A DNA stretch of 64,000 bases from the IMG/VR virus record IMGVR_UViG_2823592041_000002, positions 1 to 64,000 of that record. One strand, 5' to 3'. The DNA comes from a virus (lineage: Duplodnaviria > Caudoviricetes). Under the pieces are notes generated by a model that saw only the letters and a program-made list of their open reading frames with translations, did not search any database and was not told the origin of the DNA. The position numbers and the translations under genes are program-made. Below, one piece after another: positions 46,096 through 56,822 of this stretch (positions are counted from its first letter, which is position 1; every line of letters begins with the position of its first letter).

Positions 46096-47796
46096 ATGTC
46101 TAGTGTTTTAACAAATAAATTCAGAATACATAATGCTAAATCTTTTGTAGAAGGTTTTAGTGAAGCGGAACCAACTAATATTTATACTGCCATAGGGAAA
46201 GTTTCAGAATGGTCCAGTGATGATATATACTCTGGTGCTAATGAAACAACTGAGGAACAAAATCCACCAACTCCATTAGATCATACTCAGAACGAATATG
46301 AGGTTTGGAGAAATATGTTTGCAGCTAAAAAAATTAAATCCACCGATATAACACATGTTATACCGAAGGTTGATTGGGAATCAGGTAAAAGATATTCACA
46401 GTATGGTGATTTGGATGACTCTTTATTATATGATGTTATCAATAGTGACACACCAAAACCTTTTTATGTTGTGACAGATGACTTCAATGTATATAAATGT
46501 TTATTTAATAACAATATAGAATCGAACGATAAACCCATACACACTAGTACAACCCCACAACCATATCCAGATGGGTATATTTGGCAATACATGTATACAA
46601 TTTCTGCCAGTTCTGCATTTAAATTTATGACGGAAAACTTTATCCCAATTCAAACTTTAGATGTAGAACCCGTTGGCGCTGGGAATTGTTCATCTACAAA
46701 CTTACAGTGGAATGTTCAAAATGAGGCCAAAACCTTTGGCCAAGGGAGAATTGATGTAATATCCAGAAGATATGCCTCTGCTGATAGTTCTGGTGATGGT
46801 TATGTTTTTACATCTGCGGTTATATCATCAATATCTAATGTTACTGATGATCCAACTGACGGTGATTTGACAACAATCACTATTACAACTACCTTAAATA
46901 TGTCCAATGGCTATTACGATGGTATGACAGTTTTCAGTCCATCCAGTAGTAAAGCTTTTGTAATAAAGGGTTATACACAAGCAACTGGTGGAGATCAGAT
47001 AGAAGTTTATGGTAATTCCACAGGTCTAACTGGAACCATTCAAATACTCCCAACAGTTGTTGTTGATGGTGACGGAACAGGTGTTCAAGCGGTTCCAGTT
47101 ATGGGTGCTTCTGACAATGCTTCCGATGAGAATCAAATTGATAGTGTTTTAGTATTAAATGGTGGTTCTGGATACACTACCGCAACTGTAAGTTTTGTGA
47201 ATGCTAGTACTGCCACCACCGTAGACGCAAAGTTTGATGTCATTATACCACCAATTGGAGGTCACGGTAGTGATGCTGTCGAAGAACTGGGTGGTTTCTT
47301 TGTTATGATTAATACTAAATTTGAATATAATGAGTCGACAACTGGTAAGAATTTACCTGTTGCAAATGATTACAGACAAATTAGTTTAATTAGACAACCA
47401 AAACTCAATGAAGGTCCAGATTATCTAGATGCGTCATCCGACCTATATATACAGTGTAAAACCTTGATTATTGATACTGGACAAATAGACGATGAAACGA
47501 CTTTTGCCATTGATGAAACTATAACTCAATCTGGGACAAATGCAACTGGAATAATTGTAGATGTTTTAGATGGTGACAATAGTACGAAAGAAATAAGACT
47601 AGTAAATGTTACAGGGACTTTCAACTTAACAAATAGGATAGAAATGTCAACAGGCCTTGGTGCAGATTTAATTTCTAGTATAGTTGATGAAGAATTATTA
47701 AAAAATTCTGGGGATGTTATGTTTGTTGAACAAAGAAGTGGCATTACGAGGAATGAAAATCAAATTGAAGATATAAAAATAGTACTTGAATTCTAG
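46096..47796 (+). CDS. gp8: baseplate wedge subunit (T4 gp8-like)
   Basis: VYKCLFNN, DGY.W.YMY, GGHGSDAV.ELG, EDIKIVLEF; ACTAAATA at 46072. Confidence 0.9.
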   Translation: MSSVLTNKFRIHNAKSFVEGFSEAEPTNIYTAIGKVSEWSSDDIYSGANETTEEQNPPTPLDHTQNEYEVWRNMFAAKKIKSTDITHVIPKVDWESGKRYSQYGDLDDSLLYDVINSDTPKPFYVVTDDFNVYKCLFNNNIESNDKPIHTSTTPQPYPDGYIWQYMYTISASSAFKFMTENFIPIQTLDVEPVGAGNCSSTNLQWNVQNEAKTFGQGRIDVISRRYASADSSGDGYVFTSAVISSISNVTDDPTDGDLTTITITTTLNMSNGYYDGMTVFSPSSSKAFVIKGYTQATGGDQIEVYGNSTGLTGTIQILPTVVVDGDGTGVQAVPVMGASDNASDENQIDSVLVLNGGSGYTTATVSFVNASTATTVDAKFDVIIPPIGGHGSDAVEELGGFFVMINTKFEYNESTTGKNLPVANDYRQISLIRQPKLNEGPDYLDASSDLYIQCKTLIIDTGQIDDETTFAIDETITQSGTNATGIIVDVLDGDNSTKEIRLVNVTGTFNLTNRIEMSTGLGADLISSIVDEELLKNSGDVMFVEQRSGITRNENQIEDIKIVLEF

Positions 47797-47834
47797 TATA
47801 AATAGTATTATAATATAAAGTAAGAGGTTTATAT

Positions 47835-50800
47835 ATGGCTAAATATGAAACTAGAAAATTATTAACAGATTTTAATACTAGACCGTACCATGATGATTTT
47901 GATGTAGACAAAAATTTCCTTAAAGTTCTTTTCAAACCTGGAACTGCACTACAAGCAAGAGAGATTACACAACTCCAAACAATCCTAAGTGAACAAATCC
48001 ATAGATTCGGTAATCATATATTTCAAGATGGTTCACCAATCAGAAATGGTACTTTCAACGTTGATGTAAATGTAAAATATATAAAATTAAAAGATCAATC
48101 TGCTGGTGTGGATGTATCTTCTTTTATTAGTGAACTTGAAGGTAGAACTTTGGTTAATAATGAAGGTTCTGAACCAATCATATTTGAAGTTAAGAAAGCT
48201 ATCCCAAAAACTGCAACTGAACCAAATACTATCATAGGTTCTTATAAATCTGGAAGTGTTGAAATTGCAGGAGAGGAAACCCCACTGACGACTCAATCAG
48301 TTCAAGGTAAATTAAATAGAACTGTTGAAGTTGTTAAGAGGGGTGAAGATGGTATAGCATTAGATGCTGAAATAACAGGACCATCCTCCTTAGCGTCTGT
48401 AGTTGGAGATGCTTCCAAATTTATAGACAGTTATGATCCTAATGACCCAGAACACTCGGCAATATTCTATATCTCAGGTTTTTTTCATAGAGTGAAACCT
48501 CAAACTATTGTATTAGATAAGTATGGAAACACCCCAACTTATAGAATTGGGTTGGAAGTTGATGAAAGTATTGTAACTCCTGCGGATGATGCTTCACTTT
48601 ATGACAATGCTCAAGGGTCTTCAAACTTTTCAGCCCCAGGAGCAGATAGATTTAAAATTTCATTAAATTTAACTAAAAAAGAATTACAGGATAGTTCAAA
48701 TTTAATAGATAATAATTCTTGTGACTTTTATGAATTTGTTAGAGTTAGAAATGGTCAAAAAGTAGATCAGATAAAAAATGCTCAATATGCTTACTTGGCA
48801 GAAGAAATGGCTCGTAGGACATATGATGCTAATGGTGATTTTGTTGTTAGAAACTTCACACTAGATATTGATGAATATAGTCAATCAGAAGTTGATGCTG
48901 CTGCCTTATTAAACCCTCCTGTGGATTTAACTGAAAAGTTAAAACTTACATTAGACCCTGGAAAAGCATATGTTCATGGTAGAGAGATTGAAACAATTTC
49001 GACAGTAACTCTTCCAGTAGATAGAGGTAGAGATGAATCTAGGGTCGAATCAGAAAATATAAGTACTTTTGTCGGTAATTACGTTTATGTTGATTTTCCA
49101 GCACAGTTGTTGACTGGTGAAGAATTCCCAACTATCAACTCAAATGAAAAATTGGAAGTCTTTAACAGAGGTGAAGAACATATAGGATCATGCAGAATAA
49201 AACAATTGAGTTACGATTCTGAAGGATATAAATTATCATTTTTTGACTTAAATTTAACATCTGGTTCATCGAAAGATATTAAATCTTTTAGAATTTCGGA
49301 CACCTCTACTGAGGTTGTTTTGGAGGTTTCAGATAAAAGTGAAGTTGCAGGTGGTACAGTAGTTTCACAACAATCAAGAAGCACTTTGTTATTCCCTATT
49401 TCAAAATCTTCTTTATCTGATGTGGAAAATGTTTCTCTTTTATATAATAAATCTGTTATTGCAAATGCATCAAACGATGGAAATAATAATTCATTATTAT
49501 CAATAAGTGTAAATGACCCTGTTCAATTTTTAGGGACAGGTACTTTTATTTATAGTTCTCCAGTGGAACTAGAATTTAATAGAAGTAACTTTATTATTAT
49601 TGATAAGCTTACTGGTGAAAATTACGACACCTTTAGTGTAAATTTTGTTTCCAATGGTCAAGCCAATATAACAATTCCTAATAAGAATTTGGGTGGTCGG
49701 GAATTGAGAGTATTATATAAAGTTCAAACAACAATTCAGAATTCAAAAACAAAAACAAAAACTGCTGACACGATTGTAATTGATAATACTGACCAAATTG
49801 TAATTGATGATGATACTGGCCAAACCAGATTAGATGGTATGAAAATAGTTGGTAAAACAGTTCCTCTTAATGGGTATCCTGATGTTATCAAAATAGTTTC
49901 AATAAAGGGTAGTGATAATGTTGATATAAAAGATCGGTATGAATTTGATAATGGTCAAAGAGATTCTTTCTATGATTATGCTTCATTAAAATTAAAATCA
50001 GGTGTGGTTGTACCCGATTCCAATAGTTTTACTATAGAATTGGAATATTTTCAACACCCTACATCTGGTGAGGGATTTTTCTCGAAAGATTCTTATTCTG
50101 ATGTAGATTATGAAGACATTCCAAATTATTTTTCGAAAAATACTGGTAAATCTTATAGTTTAACAGATGTTATTGACTTTAGACCTACAAGAGATGCTAA
50201 TGATAATATTGCAGGTAGTTTAATACCTTATGGATCAGTAACAGATTTCTTGGAAATTACTTACAAATATTTCTTACCAAGAATTGATAAAGTTGTTGTG
50301 ACGAAAGATAAAGAGTTTAGAGTTATAAAAGGGACATCTTCTGATTTTCCAGTAACACCACCTGATGATCCTAATGCTATGTCTCTATATATTATTACGG
50401 TTCCTCCATACACTTATAATGACAATGATTTAAAAGTTATTCCTATCCATAACAGAAGATATACAATGAGAGATATTGGTATTTTGGATAGAAGAATTGA
50501 GGAACTACAGGCAAGGTCTAATTTAAGACTTTTACAGGAAAAATCTAAGAGTGTCCAGATTAGAAATAATAATGGTGTTGATATATTCAAGAATGGTATA
50601 CTCATTGATGATTTTTCTGGACACAGTATTGGTGATACAAATTCTTCAGATTATAGATGTTCAATAGATTTTGAAACAAATGAATTGAGACCTTCATTCT
50701 ATAGTGATTCACACGAAATTTCTTTTGATTCTTCGGATTCAAATAATATCAACATGGTTAAGGTTGGTCCTTTATTATTGTTGGAACATACAGAAGTTTT

Positions 50801-53384
50801 ACATCAATCACAGCCTGCTGCAAGTAAACCTATAAACTTAAACCCACACAACATGACCTACTGGTTTGGTGAAATTAAAATGAACCCTTCTTCTGATATG
50901 TGGTTCAGTCAAGATTTAAAACCTAGAGTCAACGTTAATGATTCTGGTGAAAATGATGCTTGGGAAAATTTATCAACAAGTGTTTCTTCAGAGTTGGCGC
51001 AAGGTTTTGGAACTCAATGGAATGATTGGGAAGACTTGTGGACTGGTAGAGAAAACTTTGTTTCGAATCAAGAAGCAGACCCATCTTCACTGGTTGAATC
51101 AAATGTTGTTAGATTACAAAATAGAGAGACTCAAAATTATTTGTTTGATGCTGTTGACAAGATCAATGTTGTAGGTTCTGGATTACCAAATAGAATTGAA
51201 AGAGATTTAACAAGTAAGAAAATAGACACCAGTATTGTACCTTTCATGAGACCCGATGAGGTTATTTTCATAGCAACCAACTTAAAACCAAAGACCACAT
51301 TTTATGGGTTCTTTGATGATACTGCTTTAAGTTCGCCTGATATTGAACCTTGTTCTCAGATAGTTGTTACAAACCCTTCTAAAGTTTTTAATGACGGTTT
51401 GTATGACGGTGAAATTATAACTGGTGTTGATGGTGGAACTGCTAGAGTGGTTAAAAATGCAAATGATGGTAGTGGGTTAATATATGTTCAATTACTAACA
51501 GGTACATTTTCCTCTAATGAAACTATCAATGGTGGGACTTCTCTAGTTCAAGCGAAAATAAGTACAATAACAACCCCAACAGATTTAAAATCTGATGCTT
51601 CGGGTTTATTGTGTGGAGTTTTAAATATCCCAAGTTCAGAGACTAGTAAGTTTAGAACTGGCCAAAGACTTTTGAGATTAATTGATAATCAAGATAATGA
51701 TTTGAGTAATTCAGAATCAGTAGCTGAGAGTAGTTACACTTCTCAGGGATTAATGGATGACCCAGAAAATTATGTTGTTTCAACTAGATTACCATTAATC
51801 AAGAGGTCGAATATATGTGATGAACTTTCTGTTTCGAAAGATGTATTTTCCAGAGAGTTGACATCGATTAACAGATGTCTAGATTGGAAAGACCCTCTAT
51901 CACAAACGTTTATAGTTGATCCTGCATCCAACAGAAATGGAGTTTTTCTGAAGTCTGTTGATTTGTTTTTTAAGTCTAAGGATGATACTTTACCAGTTAT
52001 GGTTGAGATTAGACCAACTATTAATGGTTATCCTTCTACATCTACTGTAATCCCTTTCTCGGAAGTTATATTAAATCCTTCTCAGGTTGTTGTCTCAGAA
52101 GGACCAGATGCGTCAGAAGATTCTAATAAGAACACAAGATTCACTTTTGATGCTCCAGTTTATCTGATTCCAGGTGAATATGCAATAGTTGTAAAGACGA
52201 ATAGTAGCCAATATCAAATTTGGAGTGGTGTTGTAGGGAATTCTACACTGAATACAGATGGAAGTTCCGATATACTAAATCCAAAAATATCTAAGCAACC
52301 ATTAGTTGGAAGTTTATTCTCTTCTCACAATTCTGGTGTTTGGGATGCTATTAATAATGAATCTATAATGTTTAGGTTGAATAAATGTCAATTTAACACT
52401 TCATTAGAATCAACAGCAATATTGAATGTCACTGTTCCATCACAGTCTGAGAGTTTTGACTTGTTCAAATTTAATGTGTCAATGCTGAAAAACTTTTTTG
52501 GAAGTCAAAACCCAACTTTTAAATACCAACTTGGAACTTCTAATTTGGTCGAGTTTCATGAAAATAGAAATATTGAATTGTCTAGTAGTAAATCTTTTGG
52601 TGGAAATACAACTCTAAAAATAGAGGCAAAGATTCCAGCATCTTCTAATGTTGATGTTTCCCCTGTTATTGACATGGAGAGGGTAAGTTTAATCACAGTT
52701 GGAAATATTGTTGATGCTGTTCAATATGATGCTTCCGATTTGACTATACAATCTGGGGGAACTGGTTTTTCAACTGGTGAAAAATTATTCTTGACAGATT
52801 CTCATGATAGTTCTAAACAAGCTATTTTCGAAATTCAAGCAACTAATGGTGCTATTACAGGTTTCACTCTATTATCCTCTTCTAAGGAGATGACAAATAG
52901 TGTTAATATTACAAGTAACACCGCTGGACCTGATGATGCGATCGTAATTGCTGATAGTGAAACTTCACCTTCTGGTAGTGTTGCTGATGCTGTATATATC
53001 TCAAAGAGGGTAAACTTACAATCATCATATGAATCTAAGGATATAAGAGTTTACCTTGATTTGTATAAACCAGCAGGAACTGATGTCTATGTTTATTACA
53101 AAGTTGCTAGTACAAGTGATTCTGTTATTTTTGATGATAGGAATTGGTACTTGATGAAACAAGTAACACCAGAGTATGTGGTCTCTGAATACAATAATGA
53201 TTACAGAGAATATGTGTTTGGTACAGATTCTAGTCATAATGGTGTTGAACTTGTACATGACCAATCATTAGTTGATTTTAACGTGTATGCAATTAAGATT
53301 GTTTTGTCTTCTGATAGTAGTGTAAAAGTACCCAAAGCTAGAAATCTTAGAGCAATTGCCCTACAAGAACCTGTTAGTGTATAA
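47835..53384 (+). CDS. large baseplate/virion structural protein (VrlC/DUF4815-like)
   Basis: PYHDDFD, LQARE.TQLQ, APGADR, RRYTMRDIG, FKNG..DDF, DPLSQTF; TATAAATA at 47797. Confidence 0.85.
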   Translation: MAKYETRKLLTDFNTRPYHDDFDVDKNFLKVLFKPGTALQAREITQLQTILSEQIHRFGNHIFQDGSPIRNGTFNVDVNVKYIKLKDQSAGVDVSSFISELEGRTLVNNEGSEPIIFEVKKAIPKTATEPNTIIGSYKSGSVEIAGEETPLTTQSVQGKLNRTVEVVKRGEDGIALDAEITGPSSLASVVGDASKFIDSYDPNDPEHSAIFYISGFFHRVKPQTIVLDKYGNTPTYRIGLEVDESIVTPADDASLYDNAQGSSNFSAPGADRFKISLNLTKKELQDSSNLIDNNSCDFYEFVRVRNGQKVDQIKNAQYAYLAEEMARRTYDANGDFVVRNFTLDIDEYSQSEVDAAALLNPPVDLTEKLKLTLDPGKAYVHGREIETISTVTLPVDRGRDESRVESENISTFVGNYVYVDFPAQLLTGEEFPTINSNEKLEVFNRGEEHIGSCRIKQLSYDSEGYKLSFFDLNLTSGSSKDIKSFRISDTSTEVVLEVSDKSEVAGGTVVSQQSRSTLLFPISKSSLSDVENVSLLYNKSVIANASNDGNNNSLLSISVNDPVQFLGTGTFIYSSPVELEFNRSNFIIIDKLTGENYDTFSVNFVSNGQANITIPNKNLGGRELRVLYKVQTTIQNSKTKTKTADTIVIDNTDQIVIDDDTGQTRLDGMKIVGKTVPLNGYPDVIKIVSIKGSDNVDIKDRYEFDNGQRDSFYDYASLKLKSGVVVPDSNSFTIELEYFQHPTSGEGFFSKDSYSDVDYEDIPNYFSKNTGKSYSLTDVIDFRPTRDANDNIAGSLIPYGSVTDFLEITYKYFLPRIDKVVVTKDKEFRVIKGTSSDFPVTPPDDPNAMSLYIITVPPYTYNDNDLKVIPIHNRRYTMRDIGILDRRIEELQARSNLRLLQEKSKSVQIRNNNGVDIFKNGILIDDFSGHSIGDTNSSDYRCSIDFETNELRPSFYSDSHEISFDSSDSNNINMVKVGPLLLLEHTEVLHQSQPAASKPINLNPHNMTYWFGEIKMNPSSDMWFSQDLKPRVNVNDSGENDAWENLSTSVSSELAQGFGTQWNDWEDLWTGRENFVSNQEADPSSLVESNVVRLQNRETQNYLFDAVDKINVVGSGLPNRIERDLTSKKIDTSIVPFMRPDEVIFIATNLKPKTTFYGFFDDTALSSPDIEPCSQIVVTNPSKVFNDGLYDGEIITGVDGGTARVVKNANDGSGLIYVQLLTGTFSSNETINGGTSLVQAKISTITTPTDLKSDASGLLCGVLNIPSSETSKFRTGQRLLRLIDNQDNDLSNSESVAESSYTSQGLMDDPENYVVSTRLPLIKRSNICDELSVSKDVFSRELTSINRCLDWKDPLSQTFIVDPASNRNGVFLKSVDLFFKSKDDTLPVMVEIRPTINGYPSTSTVIPFSEVILNPSQVVVSEGPDASEDSNKNTRFTFDAPVYLIPGEYAIVVKTNSSQYQIWSGVVGNSTLNTDGSSDILNPKISKQPLVGSLFSSHNSGVWDAINNESIMFRLNKCQFNTSLESTAILNVTVPSQSESFDLFKFNVSMLKNFFGSQNPTFKYQLGTSNLVEFHENRNIELSSSKSFGGNTTLKIEAKIPASSNVDVSPVIDMERVSLITVGNIVDAVQYDASDLTIQSGGTGFSTGEKLFLTDSHDSSKQAIFEIQATNGAITGFTLLSSSKEMTNSVNITSNTAGPDDAIVIADSETSPSGSVADAVYISKRVNLQSSYESKDIRVYLDLYKPAGTDVYVYYKVASTSDSVIFDDRNWYLMKQVTPEYVVSEYNNDYREYVFGTDSSHNGVELVHDQSLVDFNVYAIKIVLSSDSSVKVPKARNLRAIALQEPVSV

Positions 53385-53642
53385 ATATAAGTGATATGGG
53401 ATAAGTTGAATTCTTTAACGTTAAAAGAAATCATTCTTATATTTTTTATGTTTTATTTTTAGCACTTTAAGAAGTTTTCATTCTATTAATTTTTAAAGAT
53501 AAGTAGGCTTAATTCTGTATAAGGAACGACAAAGCATGGTATGGCTACCAATATACTTTCACAAATCGTTCGGGTCTGGTAGGACTAAAGCGGAAATAAT
53601 TTATGAGGTTTCGCCAAACTTTTGTTTTATAAAGGAGTGGGT

Positions 53643-54389
53643 ATGGCTAACCCTACAAATAGAGAAGAACTGAAACAGTTTTGTTTAAGAAAACTTGGAA
53701 AACCTGTAATAGAGATAAATGTTGCTGACGAGCAGTTAGAAGATAGAATTGATGATGCTCTTAAAATGTATCATGATTTTCATTATGATGGTATTGAGAG
53801 AATTATAATTCAACATGAAGTCACTCAAACAGATAAAGATAATGGTTACATTACAATGAGCGATGCCGTTATTTCTATTGAGAAGATATTAGATCTGAAT
53901 ACAGGTAGTTCAAATGAAATACTATTTGATGCTCAATTCCACATGAATTGGGATGCCCTATACGCTTTTAATCAAACACCATCCCAAATGCAATATTATA
54001 CAGCAACACAAGAAAATTTAAATCTTATCAATCAAATATTAAATGGTAAACAAATTCTCAGGTATAGAAGACATACTGATAAACTTTATATCGATATGGA
54101 TTGGGATAAAATTGAAGTTGGTGGTTACATTGTTATTCAAGCATATCAAATAGTGAACCCCACAGTTTATGAGGATGTTTGGTCTGATAGGTGGTTAAGG
54201 GAATATACAACTGAATTGTTTAGAGAACAGTGGGGTCACAACCTGAGTAAATATTCTGGAGTTCAGATGCCAGGCGGTGTAACTTTCAACGGTGGAGATA
54301 TTCTATCAGAAGCGCAAACAAGATTGAGAGAACTTGAACAAGAACTCCGAGACACTTACGAAGAACCTCCAACTTTTTACATGGGGTAA
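53643..54389 (+). CDS. gp13: neck protein (T4 gp13)
   Basis: LRKLGKPVIEINV...Q, QWG.NL.KY.GVQMPGGVT.NG; start reassigned behind AAGGAG. Confidence 0.95.
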   Translation: MANPTNREELKQFCLRKLGKPVIEINVADEQLEDRIDDALKMYHDFHYDGIERIIIQHEVTQTDKDNGYITMSDAVISIEKILDLNTGSSNEILFDAQFHMNWDALYAFNQTPSQMQYYTATQENLNLINQILNGKQILRYRRHTDKLYIDMDWDKIEVGGYIVIQAYQIVNPTVYEDVWSDRWLREYTTELFREQWGHNLSKYSGVQMPGGVTFNGGDILSEAQTRLRELEQELRDTYEEPPTFYMG

Positions 54390-54391
54390 TC

Positions 54392-55249
54392 ATGGCAACT
54401 AATCCATATTTTAATAAAAACTATTCTTCACAATCAGAACAAGATCTGTATGATGACTTAATGGAAGAGTCAATCAAGATTCACGGAATTGATGTCAGTT
54501 ACTTACCAAGAGATGTTCAAAAGATAGATTATCTATTCAAAGATGTTGAAGTTTCTCGATTTAACACAACTCATGATATCGAAATGTTTGTTGACAGTGT
54601 TGAGCAGTTTGGTGGCGAAGGTGATTTCTTATCCAAGTTTGGCGTGGAGATTCGTGACACTTTAGAACTTACTGTAATGGTTAACAGATTTGACACTCTC
54701 AATATAGGAAGACCGAAAGAAGGTGACTTGATTTTCTTTCCTTTCAATAAACAACTCTTTGAAGTTATGTTTGTTGAAGATGAACAAATATTCTACACTC
54801 TTGGTAAAAAGTTTGTGTATAGATTGAAATTAGAACTCTTTGAGTATTCTAATCAGATGATTAACACTGGTATTGAAGATATTGATAATATTCAATACAA
54901 AAATGCTTACTCTATTGAACTTACAACTACAACTGGAACTGGTGATTATGTTGTAGGTGAGAATGTTTTTCAAGGTACTGATTTAGCTTCTGCTACTGCA
55001 AAAGGTAGGGTTGCTTCATGGGCAAATAACACTTTAGAACTTATTGATGTTGTTGGTAAGTTTGTGGAAGGTGTAACTGTTGATGGTGACGGCGGCGCAT
55101 CTTATGAGATAGATTTACCAGATAGTTATGAGGATGTTGAACTTGATATGCCAAATGATCCATTATCTGATAATATTGACTATGAAAAAGAAGCAGATAA
55201 AGTGATTGACTTTTCAGAAAACAATCCTTTCTCTGAAGAAGATTTATAG
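54392..55249 (+). CDS. gp14: neck protein (T4 gp14)
   Basis: ESIKIHG.DV.YLPR, LSKFG, RPKEGDLI, DFSENNPF. Confidence 0.95.
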   Translation: MATNPYFNKNYSSQSEQDLYDDLMEESIKIHGIDVSYLPRDVQKIDYLFKDVEVSRFNTTHDIEMFVDSVEQFGGEGDFLSKFGVEIRDTLELTVMVNRFDTLNIGRPKEGDLIFFPFNKQLFEVMFVEDEQIFYTLGKKFVYRLKLELFEYSNQMINTGIEDIDNIQYKNAYSIELTTTTGTGDYVVGENVFQGTDLASATAKGRVASWANNTLELIDVVGKFVEGVTVDGDGGASYEIDLPDSYEDVELDMPNDPLSDNIDYEKEADKVIDFSENNPFSEEDL

Positions 55250-55272
55250 TAAGTCTTATAAATATATTTGTT

Positions 55273-56115
55273 ATGGCTCTATACAATGAATATTTTTACC
55301 ACAAAACTATTTTCAAAAGCGTTGCTACTTTTGGAACCCTTTTTAACGATATAACTGTAAAACGAAAAACTTCAGATGGTAATACTGTAAAGGAGTTGAA
55401 AGTTCCTTTATCTTATGGACCGAGAAGTAAATTCCTTGCTAAAATTGAAGAATCTGATAAAAATGTAGCAATTACACTTCCAAGAATAAGTTTCGAGATG
55501 TCTGGGTTTTCTTACGATTCTCAACGAAAACTAAACTCACTTGGAGTTCGATATAATACAACAGAAACTGGTTCTGAAAAATCCATGTACAATCCAGTTC
55601 CTTACAATATTGGATTTTCTCTAAATGTCTATGTAGAACATTTTGATGAAGGTTTACAAATAATAGAACAGATTGTTCCCTTTTTCAGCCCTTATCTAAA
55701 CATCCCCTCTAAACTTGTCTATGATGATATGGGAATCGTTGATGACGTTCCAGTATTACTCAATGACGTTTCTTTAGAAGAGAGTTATGAGGGTCAGTTT
55801 GAAGATAAGAGGGTTATTATGTGGAACCTGAGTTTTACCCTTAAAACGAATATATTCAAACCAGTAAAAGAGTCTGATTTAATTCGTCAAGTTGAGACAA
55901 ATGTTATTTCAACTCCAACAGGGGATTCTGGGGAAGTTACTCCTCAAGAAAAACAACAAGCACAAGAATCTGGTTCAAAATCAAAATCTATTACAAAACC
56001 TGGACTTACAGATCAGGGTCAACCAACTACAAAAGAATCTGAATCTGTTCCGAAAGAACAAATTGAAGCAGATGATGATTTCGGTTTCATTGAAGATTTC
56101 CTAGAAGGTATCTAA
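55273..56115 (+). CDS. gp15: tail sheath stabilizer / terminator (T4 gp15)
   Basis: FGTLFN, VPLSYGP, LPRISFE, PVPYN, EQIVPFF; TATAAATA at 55257. Confidence 0.95.
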   Translation: MALYNEYFYHKTIFKSVATFGTLFNDITVKRKTSDGNTVKELKVPLSYGPRSKFLAKIEESDKNVAITLPRISFEMSGFSYDSQRKLNSLGVRYNTTETGSEKSMYNPVPYNIGFSLNVYVEHFDEGLQIIEQIVPFFSPYLNIPSKLVYDDMGIVDDVPVLLNDVSLEESYEGQFEDKRVIMWNLSFTLKTNIFKPVKESDLIRQVETNVISTPTGDSGEVTPQEKQQAQESGSKSKSITKPGLTDQGQPTTKESESVPKEQIEADDDFGFIEDFLEGI

Positions 56116-56630
56116 TGTCAAAAGATTTCAAAGACATAGAAGAGGTGTTGGATATACTACCAGAAGAATCTGAAATAAAAGACTTGACAGAAGTTGAAGA
56201 AAATAGTATAATAGAAGTTCAAGATGAAAAAGATGAGTTTTCAGAAGAAATGCAAGAAAGTCGCAGAAAAGATTACAAGTTTGCGAGAAAGAATCTGAAA
56301 AATGCTATGGATATTGGAAACGAAGCTTTGGAAGACTTGATAGAGATTGCGAAGAGTTCTCAACAACCAAGAGCATACGAAGTCATAGCAACTCTTGTTA
56401 AGAATGTTTCTGATGCTTCTGATAAACTGATGGATGTAAATAAGAAACTTCATGAGATTGAAATCATCGCAGAACCAGAGAAGAACTTGAAAAATATGGA
56501 TAAACTTGAACTGAATCAACAGAACAATACATACTATGTTGGTTCAACTGCTGATTTACAAGAACTTATCAATAATACTATGTCAGATAAAGAATTGATA
56601 GAAATTGATAAAGATGATGAGGATGAATAA
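56115..56630 (+). CDS. gp16: terminase small subunit (T4 gp16)
   Basis: DYKFARKNL, PRAYEV, VGSTADLQ. Confidence 0.9.
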   Translation: MSKDFKDIEEVLDILPEESEIKDLTEVEENSIIEVQDEKDEFSEEMQESRRKDYKFARKNLKNAMDIGNEALEDLIEIAKSSQQPRAYEVIATLVKNVSDASDKLMDVNKKLHEIEIIAEPEKNLKNMDKLELNQQNNTYYVGSTADLQELINNTMSDKELIEIDKDDEDE

Positions 56631-56822
56631 ATGCCAACTTATGAATATGAATGTACAAATTGTGGCCACAGATTCGAAAAAATACAAAGCATAAATGACG
56701 AACCTCTGAAAACTTGTGTTAAATGTGAGAAGAAGACTTTGAAAAAATTGTTCCATACTTCTGGGATAATATTCAAAGGTTCTGGTTTCTACACAACAGA
56801 CTATAAGAAAAAAGGGAAGTGA
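56631..56822 (+). CDS. FmdB-family zinc ribbon protein
   Basis: MPTYEYEC..CGH.FE...C..C...FKGSGFYTTDY. Confidence 0.9.
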   Translation: MPTYEYECTNCGHRFEKIQSINDEPLKTCVKCEKKTLKKLFHTSGIIFKGSGFYTTDYKKKGK

